This document shows positions 38,101-50,879 of a DNA stretch of 64,000 nucleotides, in pieces. Source of the DNA: Phoronis australis (Eukaryota; Animalia; Phoronida). The notes below the pieces were generated by a model. The model ran no database searches, was not told where the DNA came from, and saw nothing but the letters and a program-made list of their open reading frames with translations. Position 1 is the stretch's first letter, and each line of letters begins with the position of its first letter. The translations under genes were made by a program, and so were the position numbers. The stretch is from assembly GCA_002633005.1 (NCBI GenBank), contig NMRA01000230.1:447271-511270 (forward strand). The letters run 5' to 3'.

Positions 38101-41100
38101 TTTTGGCACCATACTTGGCCTTTAAGTCAACTTTTGACTTTGATACAAATCGAAAGTGAACTCTACCGTAACGGTGAATTGTCAACATTATAGAAAATAA
38201 TTAGGGATATTTTCATGCAACACCCCCAATTTAAGGACTGAGTCCCTATTTATTTTCAGTGAACTCAGGGCTCATTCAGTTTTTAGTTATATTACTGGAA
38301 AATGTCATTAATCAAAGAGGAGATCACAATTAAGATGAACTGAAGTAAAATACTTCATCTGTGACTCCAACAAAGCACAAATACGCAAAAGGACTTAGGG
38401 ACCTTAGTTGAGTCCCTGTTTGGGACTGTTTCATGCAACCGGCCACTGGAATACATTCTAAGTCTGATTAAAAAGCTGTTCGAGACCAATGACATAAGTG
38501 ATACACACAAGGCATTCCATAAAATGGGAACATTTGAGATCAACGTCTTAAACAGTTAAAACTGTATTGTTGAAAGTGATCAAATATGTATGAGACCAAC
38601 AATTATGGAAGTCTACAAAACAGTGTAAATATTGAAATGTCGTATGAGATCTTGACTGCATCTATTAAAAAGAAGAAAAGTCATACAATCCCTTTCCATT
38701 TGCAGCAAGTCAATTGTAGCTAATTTCTTAAAAGCCTACTAGTTTGGTTCTTGTTTCAGTAAATAGATGTCGCTCTAGCTCTACGCAGCAGTGCAAAGTT
38801 GCACTAAATCAGTAAGTAGGGAATTTCTGTTGTGCAACTTCATGTTGTATGCGGCGTGGCAAACAGGAAAACGCCGTGACAGGATCAAGAACAGATGGTA
38901 AGTGAACGTGAAGCGGAATAGCCACCAGTAGGCGCTGGGGTACATATAGGGAGCTGGAGACACATTATCTGTCTCAAATAATTTAAAAATAATCTTTCTG
39001 CAGTGTTTCAGTAAAACTCCGTGAAACACATTTTTGACAGCAAAATAAATTAAATATCAAATAATGATATTTTAGCATGACACATTTTTAAACTTTTGGA
39101 TCTCTGGTGCCGCACCAAAAATTTGGCCATCGAGGTGATTTATATCAATTTAAAATATTGTAGAAACGCAACTTTATCAAGATTTGTTGTTTTCGAAATG
39201 CGTCTTCTTTTTAGGGGCAAAAACTTGCATCTCCTTTAGAAAAATAGTTTTTGTTGTCGGCCGCTTATTGAAATAAAATTGGTATCATTTTGATTCATAT
39301 ACTCAGATTCGAAATAATATTTATGCTGGCTTGGAAAGAACCGGAGAATCTTTAGTGCTTTAGGCCTTGTCTACCACGGCTAGTTAAATTCACACGTCAA
39401 TACAAAATTCCCATAAGTTGTGTTCAACACAATTTATTACAACTAATTCCTATTCAAAAAAGGGGCCAGATAACAACGCAATGACCCTGCAGGGTAGAAG
39501 CATAAGTACTACGTTTATAGAGAAAGGTGATATCTTGAATGCTAAAACACGTAAATGATTAGATTTCAATTTGTCATTTGGCAAAGATTTTCATGTAATG
39601 CCTTTGTGCAAATGCATAGCGTACGGTAGATATGCACGTGCTATGCTAAGGGTGCCAGTGGAACTTATATATAAGATAGGTTACCAACCGTATTGTCCGA
39701 CGGGTGTTTAAGTAAATCTCGATTAAGCGTCGTCGCATTCAGTTAGCTCATTTTGTACATGTACAGTGTATCTCAGCTTCCAAAGTCTAATGATGTTGCA
39801 AAGTATGTGCACGCCACCTGTCGCACCTCAGAATGGCTAGTGATAGCCGATAGGTGGGGCTGTATGTCTGCAGACAGTATAAAAATAGCACGATCATGTA
39901 TTCCATATTGCGGCCATGATCACAAATTTGTTCTACGAGGTAACACGTCCACGAAAAAAATGTGGCTACAAAGGCTTTTTCGAACATTGTTTACAGAAAG
40001 CTCTCATTGTTTTTTTTCTTCTTCATTTGTTCTCTTCATCGCCAAAATCAGTTAATAAAGGGAAGAAAATCCATCCCAGACGGCCCACGTTTCACGTTTA
40101 ACCTAATAATTGCTGATCATACTTAATTCCGTTAATGAAAATTTATTGCTGCAAAAAGGAGCTTATCATGCACGATTTCCGCAACATTTTAATCCCAAAG
40201 GTATGCATAATTATTGTCATATAAACTATATAACTAAAGTCACAAATCTCTCAAGTGATTGCTTCCGTCTTCGATACCTCAAGGGAAATCTGAGGAAAAG
40301 AAAGATATTTTTTTCATTTTAAAATCTTTCCTATATCCCAGAACCATGATTTTATTTGCTATCTCTAGGGATGTTTCACGTCCATTTTGTGTGCCAGTCG
40401 TCGTTAAACTACATGATGTTTGTCAACATCACGCAAACATTAAGTGTTAGAGCATGTCTCCTGCTGCCGTAGTAGCGGTAAGAACAGTTCGACATACCAT
40501 CGTACACTAATCCATTAGGTGCCATCCTATCACGTTTTCTTCATTTCTAGAATCTTAAGTGTTCTGGTTGCACAACATTGGTCGCATGTTCCTACAAAAT
40601 TGGTGTGCACAACGTGAACCCCGAGCTCACTGCCTTTAGTTCTACTTATTTGAAAGGAAACCAAACCAGTTTTGGCCCATAAAAAGATATTAAGAATGAA
40701 AATGACTTTTCCATATAATTATCAACAATGAAATAATACTCGTGAGCCCTCAAACGTTTCGAACAACTTCTTACAAATTCGGTCGGCAAGCGTGAACTCT
40801 TGAGGTGAGTTGCAGGCAGCCGTTGTAAAAATCACCCACCAAGAACCACCATGATGTACATCTTATGACATAGTGAGTAAGTGGTTTAGTTTAATTACAT
40901 GTACGCTTTCATCACTCGAGTGAGACACCGATGGTACTTTTAAGTTAGCAGGGCTCGACATAACGAGCTGCAGATCGCATTTGCGACCTGAAATTCGGAA
41001 ATGCGAGCTGAGATTTTTGGCACCTGGTATCAAGTCGCAAATTGCGACATGCAATTTCCGAAGTCTGCGAGCTGAGTTTTTAAACTTCTTGGCAGATAAC

Positions 41101-42447
41101 TGGCAAATACCAAGCAAATTGTTTGAATCCGACCGTGATTTGGTTGTTGCCAAATCAAGTTCAAAAGAACACTACATGTAACTCAGAGCAGCCCTCCCGA
41201 TGACTTGTAAGCATATCGTGTGAACATGGGATAATGCAGAATCGATCTTTGACGCGTTTTATTGGCTAACATTTTCGGCTACTTTTGCAAATTTCCAAAT
41301 GCACCGAAGAACGTTTCTTACCACGTCACAATATAGCGGTCTTTTACTAATTTTTAAGCGATCACCTTGTCAAACTTTGTGGTAGAAAAACGTAATTTTT
41401 CACGTAAGATGTGACGTTATTATCAAATATCCGCAACAGTATCACCGATATGTGACTACGGTATTGGTCGGTCCCATTGTTAGCGCGCAAACGGTGACAG
41501 ACTATCGTGACGTGGAAATATGCGTCTCATTTTTTATCGCAAGACAGTAAACGTGAAAATGACAGCCTTATTAATCGCCAAAAGATGGTCACATCTCTAC
41601 TTTCAGCTAAGTTGTTTTTGAATCACCAAGAAATTTCAAACCCTTTACGTGATGCTGGGGCTACCTGAGCGACATATGGGTACATGTAGTCTGTCACATG
41701 TTGTTGCCAACGTAAAGTGTAGGCGATTCAGGTGCCTGAATTCACAAGTGCGCACTACTCCGAAGCTGCATATCAAAAGATAACAGCGACAGTCCAAAAT
41801 GAAAGAGTATACGGACTTGGCTATGTTAAGTTCCCGGGTGCCCATGGTTTATTTGACGATGAACCTAAAAGATTCCCGGCGGTTATAAAAGACCCGATGC
41901 TTTACGATATTCCCCGGAACCGATGAAGATATTTTTTTGTTTCACCAGGTCGATGTTCCCTAGGCTCGATGTTCTATGCCCGTTGCCAGTTATTGCAACA
42001 AAACGGGTAGATGCTAAATTATGGTTAGTCAACTTTTTATTCTTCTCTTCATACACCCCGCCAATTTTTGCTCCCCGGACCACGGTGTAAAATGTTCCTA
42101 CTCCAACAGAAATAAAAGTTCCGGCTGAAGCGGGCAAATAAAAACAACATCATTCCGGGTGATTAAAAAAGATATGGTGCAGGTGATGACGATAGACGGA
42201 AAGTCACCACTACTAGATGGAGTTTGCCTCGCAAAATCCTATTATAGTAACATTTCTTACTACTGCAGTCTTTCAATCTCTTATTACCGCAAAACACTCA
42301 GGTTACCGTTAACGACTATGCTCACGCATGCACCTACTCCCTACCTTTGAAATGTTTGTTAATAAGCACTCACTGTTCTTCTAAGAGTTCCCCTCAACTT
42401 TTGAGAATTTCAAATAAAGCGCCACAATTCGGGCTAGCGCCCATCAT

Positions 42448-42448
<1 letters not shown>

Positions 42449-42531
<83 letters not shown>
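42449..42531. repeat. (TAA)n microsatellite
   Basis: Perfect TAA run of about 27 units. Confidence 0.98.
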
Positions 42532-42855
42532 TCAATTATAATAAACTTTATTTATAGAGGATAAAATACAATAGACATACATTAAAACATGCTTTAGCCA
42601 AAGGCTAATATACAGCATGGTCCTCTGCAGCAAAAATAAAATTCAATAAATTAAGACAGATAAATAGATAAATAAATTAAATTAAGTTACATTAAATTAA
42701 ACATTATTTACAAATTGAATTTACAGACTGAATTAAAAACAATGGAGCGACAAAAAGGAGGGACAGCTATGACGACCACATGTAACTAATGAATTGGTGT
42801 CTGAAATCATCATAACGGTCAGCCTCCTTTAGACCAATTCGCACTAAAACGACAC

Positions 42856-43000
42856 CAGTGGCGGATTTAGAGGGGGCCAAGGGGGCCATGGTCCTCCTAA
42901 AATTGTCCCAGATTAAATTTTGGAATTCGGGATGTACATGTAAATGTCTAACGGGCAAAATCGTGGCCCGTCCCAAATCAAAATCCTGGATCCGCCCCTG
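42856..43000. mobile_element. MITE-like element, CAG(G/T)GGCGGAT family (reverse orientation)
   Basis: cagtggcggatttagaggggg ... aaaatcctggatccgcccctg. Confidence 0.75.
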
Positions 43001-44789
43001 GTCAGGGTTTTGCAGCACTAGCTGGAGAATAGAACAGACATTACGAAGTACGTTTTGTTTGAGTAGACTTGAGTACGTGCGGCCGAAATTAATAGAGTGA
43101 TTATCTCGAACCAGTCTTCAGTCTATCGTCGCACCGAAAGCTACTAAACACAGGTCAGCGATAACCTGCGTCTGCCCAAACAGATGCGCGCCGTCTAAGC
43201 ACGTTTTATGAATAAAACGGATAAAAAGACGAATATAGACGGCGCACCCATAATAAAACCCCATTTTTTATTTTTTTATTTTCATTCTTTTATTCGTATC
43301 ATGAATACAGTGCAAACGTAAGTTTTTCATAAGCTCATTCAGTCACACATTCCGATGAGAAAACCAGTCAGTTTCCTATCTTACGAATGCAGTGAACTTC
43401 AGACCAGACAAAAAGCCATAAATGGGTGATACACTTTATGTTACGGATTTGGATCATGCTATGAGTTTCAATTTACTTTCTTAGGTTATATTACTAAAAT
43501 GTAGTTTAAAAAATTTCTATTCTGATAAGTAGCTTAAAAGTCCGGCAGATCAGTTTTCACTCAACATCAGTGTCGAAATTTAACCATGAAATCCCATTTT
43601 TGTGGTATTGTAAAAATCATAGAAACTGCTGGACAGTGAAATAATTTGTGTTTTGAATTAACTCATCCATGGTCTCAGTAATAATAATAAATAGAAATTG
43701 GAAATATTGCCTGAAATTTCTGAGGGGTCAAAGAAGCAAAAACATAGAAAACTTATTAAAGTGCCCAAAATTGTTTTTCAAAAATTTGGTTCACTTCGTG
43801 GCACATAGAATGTGACAAAATTAAAATATTTGGTTTTCCTGTGAATTACCTTTTTCTTAAGAAGACCTGCAGTTACCACTGATATCAACAAAGGAAAAAT
43901 GGCTGCCGAGGAAGATGAAGCAGCCAGTGTTCACTGAAGTCTTTATGTTAATCTGGTTAGTGGGACTTCAATGGAATACCCAAACCAGCAAGCAGTTGAA
44001 ACATTAGCTAAATCTAGTAAGTCGGTAACAGATCTTCTGACGCATGTTAAATCAGGCCTCGTCCCGTTCACTGCAGACGGAGAGGCAGCTGAATTTTGCC
44101 AGAGTGGACTTGCTTACCACCGTTTGCTCTCAGAATTGACTGTTTGTGAAAAATGTCGAGCTCAGTTCGAAATCAGACGGAGACCAAAAAAATGTACCCA
44201 CCCACCTTGTAGAGTTTGAGTTTGGGGTGTCAAAGGAAATTTCCCAAAGAATTCCTCGAGGAACAGAATGTACTGATTGAGCTTGCGTCAGGTGACTTGC
44301 TATGCAGGTCATAAGTGTTCCAAAATTTTAGGAATCTAGTTGGTACATGCTTTTTTGCTTTGTTAGGACAATAATTTGAAGGGTCACAACAATACTCTTG
44401 ACTCTCTTGTTACCCTATGGTGTAGCCACCACGTGCGGTCAATGCTAATGAATAACATAAAGCCTCATGTTGTCGTCTGGACAATCCTGTCGGCCAAGAA
44501 ACAGCACGCGGGCGAAGTTCGTCTGGTACGACCCGATGATTCCATGAAGCGCGTTGAACGGAAAGCAAATTCAGAATTACTAAATTAGTTATCCTTGTAC
44601 ATGAGCAACGTTACCAGCAGCTGCAGCTGTCTATCTACACCCTGTCCTTAACGGATAGGCTGGGGCTGGACTTTCTCCGCGTTGGATTGAACCCCCGCGA
44701 AGCGCCCTGGCTAAAGGCCAGCATTTCAGTCTTCAAATTTAGGTGAATAAAGTTTAGGGCACACTGCTTACAGCCACGTTCTTAATGCT

Positions 44790-45340
44790 CACGACTAGCT
44801 ATTGTGAAGTCCGTTGAATTAAATATAACCAACCTTGCAAAGTAGAAGAGAACGCGTGTGTACGCTTGATAACAATTCTTTACCCTGTATTGTGAACAAC
44901 AATTTCTGGGAATAGCATTTCAATCATTTTTTCATGACGATTCTTGGAAAGAAGACAAACTGAATCGCGACTATTGTAATGTAGTTGAATTGAACGCAAT
45001 CAACCTTGTATACTACAAGCTCAGATATATAGTCTATCTGAGGTACAAGGAAACGTCTGTGTACATACGTACATGTATTTATCTGATAACGATTCTTTAC
45101 CCTGCATTGTGAACAACTCCCAGGCACAGTTTTCAAGCATTTTTTCATGCCGATTCTTGGAAAGAGTGTAATCTGAAACGCGACTGTTGTGATGTCGGTG
45201 GAATTAAATGTAACCAACCTTGCATGTATTTATCGAATAACGATTCTTTACTCTGCATAGAGAAGAACAATGTCGAGGTATAGTTTTTTAAGCATTCTTT
45301 TCATGACGATTCCTGGAAAGAACGCAAACTGACACGCTTC
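44790..45340. repeat. Degenerate tandem repeat, about 3 units of 150-215 bp
   Basis: Recurring ataac(g/a)attcttt..ctg(c/t)at, tttcatg(a/c)cgattc(t/c)tggaaaga and gaattaaat(a/g)taaccaaccttgca blocks. Confidence 0.8.
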
Positions 45341-46379
45341 GGCACTCAGTAATAATAGCATAGAATATGCATTTGAAAACTGCACACTTCAGGTATTATC
45401 ACTCCACAGGAGATGCTTTCATGCATTTATAGATAACTTTTATTCGTCGTTACTATGGTGATGGTTATTGAAATCAGACATATTTTTCGTGTCTCTCATT
45501 AATTTCGGGAAGACAAAGAATTTCAGATCACGCATCCACAGGTAAACACAACACTTAATACTTCTTTAGCATAGGCAAAACGAATAGAATAATGCAACCG
45601 AGAAAAAATTGTTAAGAATCAGACAACAACAAATAACATGTGAAACTCCAACGGCACACAGCTAGATTCGAGTGTTGATGGTGTAATCCGGGACTGCCCT
45701 ATTGCCATGAACCGCAAGTAACTGTGTTTTTAATTCCACTAGTTATGTGTGCTTCGACCGTACAGTTAATAGTGGAAATCGATCGAGAAACAATCCCAAT
45801 AAACTTCAGCACGTGCATTATACTAAAGTAAATAACCCCGGCATAAATCCTGAAGGTTACTGGAGTGATACAGTGACTTATCCAGTTCTGGGTGGCGTTA
45901 TTTTGAACTCGGGTGACGATTTGTATGCGTAAAAATATTGCCCTTGGTTACCCATAGGATTTACAAAAGATTGTAGCTGATATTCGAACATTAAACTAAG
46001 ACCGTGAGAATTTTTTACAAATGCTATTGCTTGAGAGAACGCTTGTCGACCGTCCCGCCGGTTTCCGGCTGTAGCGCAGCTTAGAAAACACTAACAAAGT
46101 GACTCAGCTACTTTGAAATACATATATGCCGAGTACAGAAATTCCATCGCTTAGTTCTCTCCGAGCCAGTTCTAAATGTCGCCTTATCTTTTACGCTGGC
46201 ATTTTCCTCCGCGATAATTCTATATTTCAAACACTCGCTGACGCCTTGCTATACAAGGCGACCTACTTTTATGAGTACCTCCTCAAGATGGTCACGTGAC
46301 ATAACAACTTATTTCTCTGACTCCGGCAAGTGAGCAAAAAAGCTCACTAATTGGTCCAGTCTCGTAAAGTTTACGTAAG

Positions 46380-46511
46380 CAGTGGCGAATTTAGGGGGAG
46401 GGGGCAAGGGGGGCATGCGCCCCCTAAAATTCTCCCAGACTCCATTTGGCAGCTCGGGGATACGAATGTCTGCCCTGGCCCCCCTAACTCAAAATCCTGG
46501 ATCCGCCTCTG
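46380..46511. mobile_element. MITE-like element, CAG(G/T)GGCGGAT family (reverse orientation)
   Basis: cagtggcgaatttaggggg ... aactcaaaatcctggatccgcctctg. Confidence 0.75.
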
Positions 46512-46516
46512 CACAC

Positions 46517-46836
46517 NNNNNNNNNNNNNNNNNNNNNNNNNNNNNNNNNNNNNNNNNNNNNNNNNNNNNNNNNNNNNNNNNNNNNNNNNNNNNNNNNNNN
46601 NNNNNNNNNNNNNNNNNNNNNNNNNNNNNNNNNNNNNNNNNNNNNNNNNNNNNNNNNNNNNNNNNNNNNNNNNNNNNNNNNNNNNNNNNNNNNNNNNNNN
46701 NNNNNNNNNNNNNNNNNNNNNNNNNNNNNNNNNNNNNNNNNNNNNNNNNNNNNNNNNNNNNNNNNNNNNNNNNNNNNNNNNNNNNNNNNNNNNNNNNNNN
46801 NNNNNNNNNNNNNNNNNNNNNNNNNNNNNNNNNNNN
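46517..46836. other. Assembly gap (320 N)
   Basis: Run of N. Confidence 1.
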
Positions 46837-47080
46837 GCGCTGTTTTTCAGTGGAAAAGTGATTGGCCTTGGTCCACTTCTCCATCACGACTGTTCAAATT
46901 CTATAACGTGTTATTTCCACCATGTAAATGCCTCTCAGCGGGGATTCCGAGGAGTATCAGGCTTCTCGACCCCATGCTGCTGTTGTTAACGGAGCCCTCC
47001 ACTGTGGACGAAGCCTTCGACCCCTGGATAGCCTTTCGCTAGTTTGTGTCTGCAAACCATTAATCATCATAAAATGTACT

Positions 47081-47297
47081 TCATCGGTCAGCCTTTGACC
47101 AGCTGCGTTCCGTACCCCAATTCTGGCCCCAATTTAGACTAGTTGCCGTTGAGCTGTAAGCAAACTGTGGCCATGACGACACTTTGTCCCAGTTGGAGCA
47201 AGCGAGGTCATAATAGGCGTCAACGACAATTACCCAACCTGCGTCTGTGTCACACCCGCCGTAGTGTTTGTTGATAAAGAATCGTCTATTCTCTCGA
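47081..47297 (-). CDS. PAN-TSP1 gene copy B, exon 4 (terminal)
   Basis: ttttacag|T CGA GAG completes the phase-2 Gly codon. Reads RENRRFFINKHYGGCDTDAGWVIVVDAYYDLACSNWDKVSSWPQFAYS..WSKADR*. Confidence 0.87.
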
Positions 47298-48101
47298 CTG
47301 TAAAACAGTAGAAACGAGGAATGGTGAAAGTAGATTAATTCATTAGTAGGCCTATACATGTATACATTAGACACGAAACCTATGTAAGTACTTGTAACTG
47401 ACACGCTGGAGAAGGTAGTTAATTGAAAAACCCACTTTGTAACATTTTGCTAACTTAATCAAAACGTTTTGTGCCAGGGCAGTTGTAAGGAAATTAAAGA
47501 TCTAAATGTACCCAAGTACCGTACATGTATGGGTTGCTAAGGAACACACAAAATGTCGATTGGTAAATGAGGTCGGCAATTGTGTAAATATCATCATCCA
47601 AACAAATGTCTTGTTCCCCACCCCATTTCAACATTACATTTGCCGTAAAAGTCATGTCGTGATTAGAGAAAAGACATCAAAAGTTAATTTACTGACTTGA
47701 TTTTAGAACTGGCATCTGAGGAGTCGTTTTTGAGGTTTTAAGACGATTTTTCTGACAAAATTAGACTCTCCCGGTTGCCCCTCCCTCTCTCAGCTTTTAT
47801 ATATTCAGATCAAAATCATAAAATTTCATGTCGCAACTCAAAATTCATGTAGATGACGATTGTAAGCTTGTCATGGCGTGACCCGGATGTGCTTGCTCTT
47901 TCCAAGCTCAGAAACACTACTATTTTCTCGCTGGTTCCCTGCGTGCCGCAAGGTGGTCGGTAGCTAGCATGCTGGCTATGCACGTGGGGGACCAGCGAGT
48001 CCACCAAAGACGAGATCGCCGTCTAGAGGGTTTGAAAATTTCAATATGGCATGGCAATTTTGAAAGTCAGATAGTTGCCCAGCGGACCAAACACTCCTTA
48101 C

Positions 48102-48265
48102 CCGCCATCGATTGAAAAGAAGTTCACGCTTGCCGAAGGTGACAGATCGTCCCAAGGGTCTTCTAGCAGTCTAGATTTTGCGAAGAAGTTAGTTTTGGAA
48201 GAGCCTTGTCCGTTGAAAACCACTTTCATCACTTCGCTGCCGCCAGTGTAAAAAGCAAATTTAAC
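48102..48265 (-). CDS. PAN-TSP1 gene copy B, exon 3
   Basis: gccag|GTTAAA...GGCGG|gtaagg, 164 nt open frame, paralogous to 28085-28248. Confidence 0.88.
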
Positions 48266-48605
48266 CTGGCATACAAAACATAATGGATAGAATGAATTTC
48301 AGCCTAGCTTTGGGAGTGAGCGTTTAGAATCAATGAACACGATTGTTGATAGCATGGCGACTGAGGTATTGGGCAAGTTGTTTGCAAAAATCCAAATAAT
48401 CTATGCCGGAAGTTTCAGTTAACCCTACATGTACATGTATGTACATGATAAGCGACAGCTGATGATGCACAAGGTGTAAAGCTGACTAACCAGGGCCCAG
48501 GGTCAAATCAAGTTTACTCGAAATCGAAGTCGAGATTATTTCTGACACTTTTTATTCTACTTTGGGCGAACTCACGGTACAAATGTGTTATTCCATTACG
48601 TGAAC

Positions 48606-48744
48606 GGTCTAGTCTAATGTAGCACTTGATGACCCCAGTATTGCCGAGGCTAAAAGTTTGAGTCTGAACTCGACATTTCATTTTTGTCTCGAGTTTGTTG
48701 CTCTATATTTAGGGGTCATTAAGTGTGAAATTGGACTAGAAACC
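48606..48744. mobile_element. Short MITE with ~30 bp imperfect TIRs (older than the gene duplication)
   Basis: ggtctagtctaatgtagcacttgatgacccc versus ggggtcattaagtgtgaaattggactagaaacc. The paralogous copy at 28600-28717 has lost its right tip. Confidence 0.65.
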
Positions 48745-49803
48745 TATATACATGTACATGGCTCTAGCCACAATTTTATCACATGATGCCGATGTACTAA
48801 TACCTATTTCTAATAACCTTGAAAGAAAGTTCTACAGTAACGGTTCTTATTTTTCGCGAACAAGACATACAATATAACGTTTCTTACAGGCCAGTCTTTT
48901 TAGTGACAGCCAACTTGCACACAGTTCATGAGTTATGTTTATTGCAGCATAATTTGGGATAACACACACGGCCAGGCAGACTGTGTGGGCCGCTGAATCC
49001 AACGGCCTGCTGCGTTTGCATCAGGAAACTTAGTTGTTACTCGATCGATCCAAAATCTGGGTATTTTCAACAGGTCTGTTATGGAAGTTTTATAATGACG
49101 GAGATCATTTCCAAAGCCGGGGATTAAATGTTATGTTTACTGTTGATAAAATATGACAAAACTGGAAATTGCGACGTTATGTTTCTGAGCTTAGAGGTAC
49201 CGGTAGCTCCCCTGCGTCCGTTTGTTTTCGACTTAATGACAGGGTCGACGGGTTTTTAACTACTCTGTAGGTACATGTAATTGATTTCTAATGGTCTGCA
49301 GAGAAACGTGTGAAAATCCCTGTTAACCCACCACACCTCCGTAATAATCAGTAATGATTAAGTTTAACATATTTTCGTAGCGGCCACGGCGGTTTTGCAA
49401 TGGACAGTACATGTGGATATTTCCGTTGGCATGTTTTAATACAATAATTGGCCTAAATGTTAGATTCTATGGCCTCAAAGATCATTTGGTGACTACAAGT
49501 TACATCTTGGGGTACAGTTCTGAGGGCCGAATTCGATCGGTTACGAAATTTTAACAAATACAATATTCGCACAGAGCTTGTTTCAAAGCAGATTTTAGCT
49601 GTGAAGTGACGAATGCAGTGTACGTGTGTCAAAAATAGGTTCATAGATATGTAGAGGACTGATCTCATTGGATGATGTCTCTCTGAGTCTTATCTGCATT
49701 AGCACACCGTCCCTAAAGATTTTGGTCCGAAAAAACTAATCGAAACGTAGCCTATTATGTGACAATTATATGCAGAATCAGAGCGAAATATCACGACACT
49801 TAC

Positions 49804-50138
49804 CTTCTTTACGTTTAAACTCGACCAATATTCTACTATGTAGCTCTTGTAGTGCGCAGACGACATATTGTTCGTAAGTAACATGTCCACAGAAGGTGAT
49901 GACGTGAAACCGCTGCCAACCCATAAATCTCGAGTAGACGACCTAATGCCTTTACTTCCTTTAAACACCAGTTCCCAACAATCCTGTTCGTTGCAGGTTT
50001 CACTGGCACTGCTGTTCCCTTGACACGATTTCCCGTCATACTTCGGTGGAACGCAAGTGCGGGTCCTCGAGCGGGTTCCTCCATCACAAGTTGCGCTACA
50101 GGCAGACCACTGACTCCAGGGTCTCCAATACCCGTCCT
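49804..50138 (-). CDS. PAN-TSP1 gene copy B, exon 2 (TSP1 repeat)
   Basis: EDGYWRPWSQWSACSATCDGGTRSRTRTCVPPKYDGKSCQGNSSASETCNEQDCWELVFKG... with canonical splice sites. It is 335 nt, one codon shorter than in copy A. Confidence 0.92.
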
Positions 50139-50879
50139 CTACAACACAGAGATACAATGTACATTTATTCGTGTGACTTGCAAAAATAAATTCCAAGCTT
50201 GTTCTCGTTTAGATGACGATCAACGTTTGGCCTTATTATGTACCAACCCTGCTTTGACCGCTAGACATGACGTCACGGCTTGGGCACAGTCGAGTAAAAT
50301 TCAGATATCATTCCTGAAAGGGATAATAATATAATACTTGGGCCAGTTTTAAAGCGTTTTAAATTACTAAGAGTTTATTACTTATTACCGCTCTGTGGAC
50401 CTTGTTTCAAGTACGGAAATCGTCAGCAGTTACCAGACTGAGGAAAATAAGCAAAGCTCGGAAATTCCATGTACATATCTTCACAATATGTACAGCTCCG
50501 TTCCTATTTCATGAGGGTCTGATTGAGCTAGATATGCCATTGCTGAACGTCAGTGCAATTGTGATGCATGACGTCATCTAGGACTACGTCAAAAGCATGA
50601 GTGGAAAAATGACAGCGTGATGCATAGCAGAATTACTGAGTACTGTTATAAATTAATGGTGTGACGATTTTAATCGTTTATCTCTTCGTGGAATGTGCGG
50701 TACATCCGGTTTGATGTTTGCTGTTTCGGGTCTTGACTGAGTTAGGGGGATTGGAATAAGAGAGACGCCGTCCCGCCCACCCTCCGGCTCTCTGTGATAT
50801 GTGTGATTTTTGTAGTTAGTGCTTTGGTGCGTCTTTGGCGCAGCGCTTGGCATTTGAATGGTATTTCAGGGCATCAACT

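Noticed and set aside
36000-42400. Numerous 60-100 aa ORFs
   Set aside because: No recognisable motifs or consistent splice structure; expected by chance in repeat-rich intergenic DNA.
44670-44740. Possible tRNA gene (minus-strand GGTTCAATCC)
   Set aside because: There is only a B-box-like motif and no cloverleaf or acceptor stem; at most a SINE relic.
46351-46989. Long ORFs of 132-212 aa
   Set aside because: They read through the 320-N gap and a MITE, so they are artefacts.
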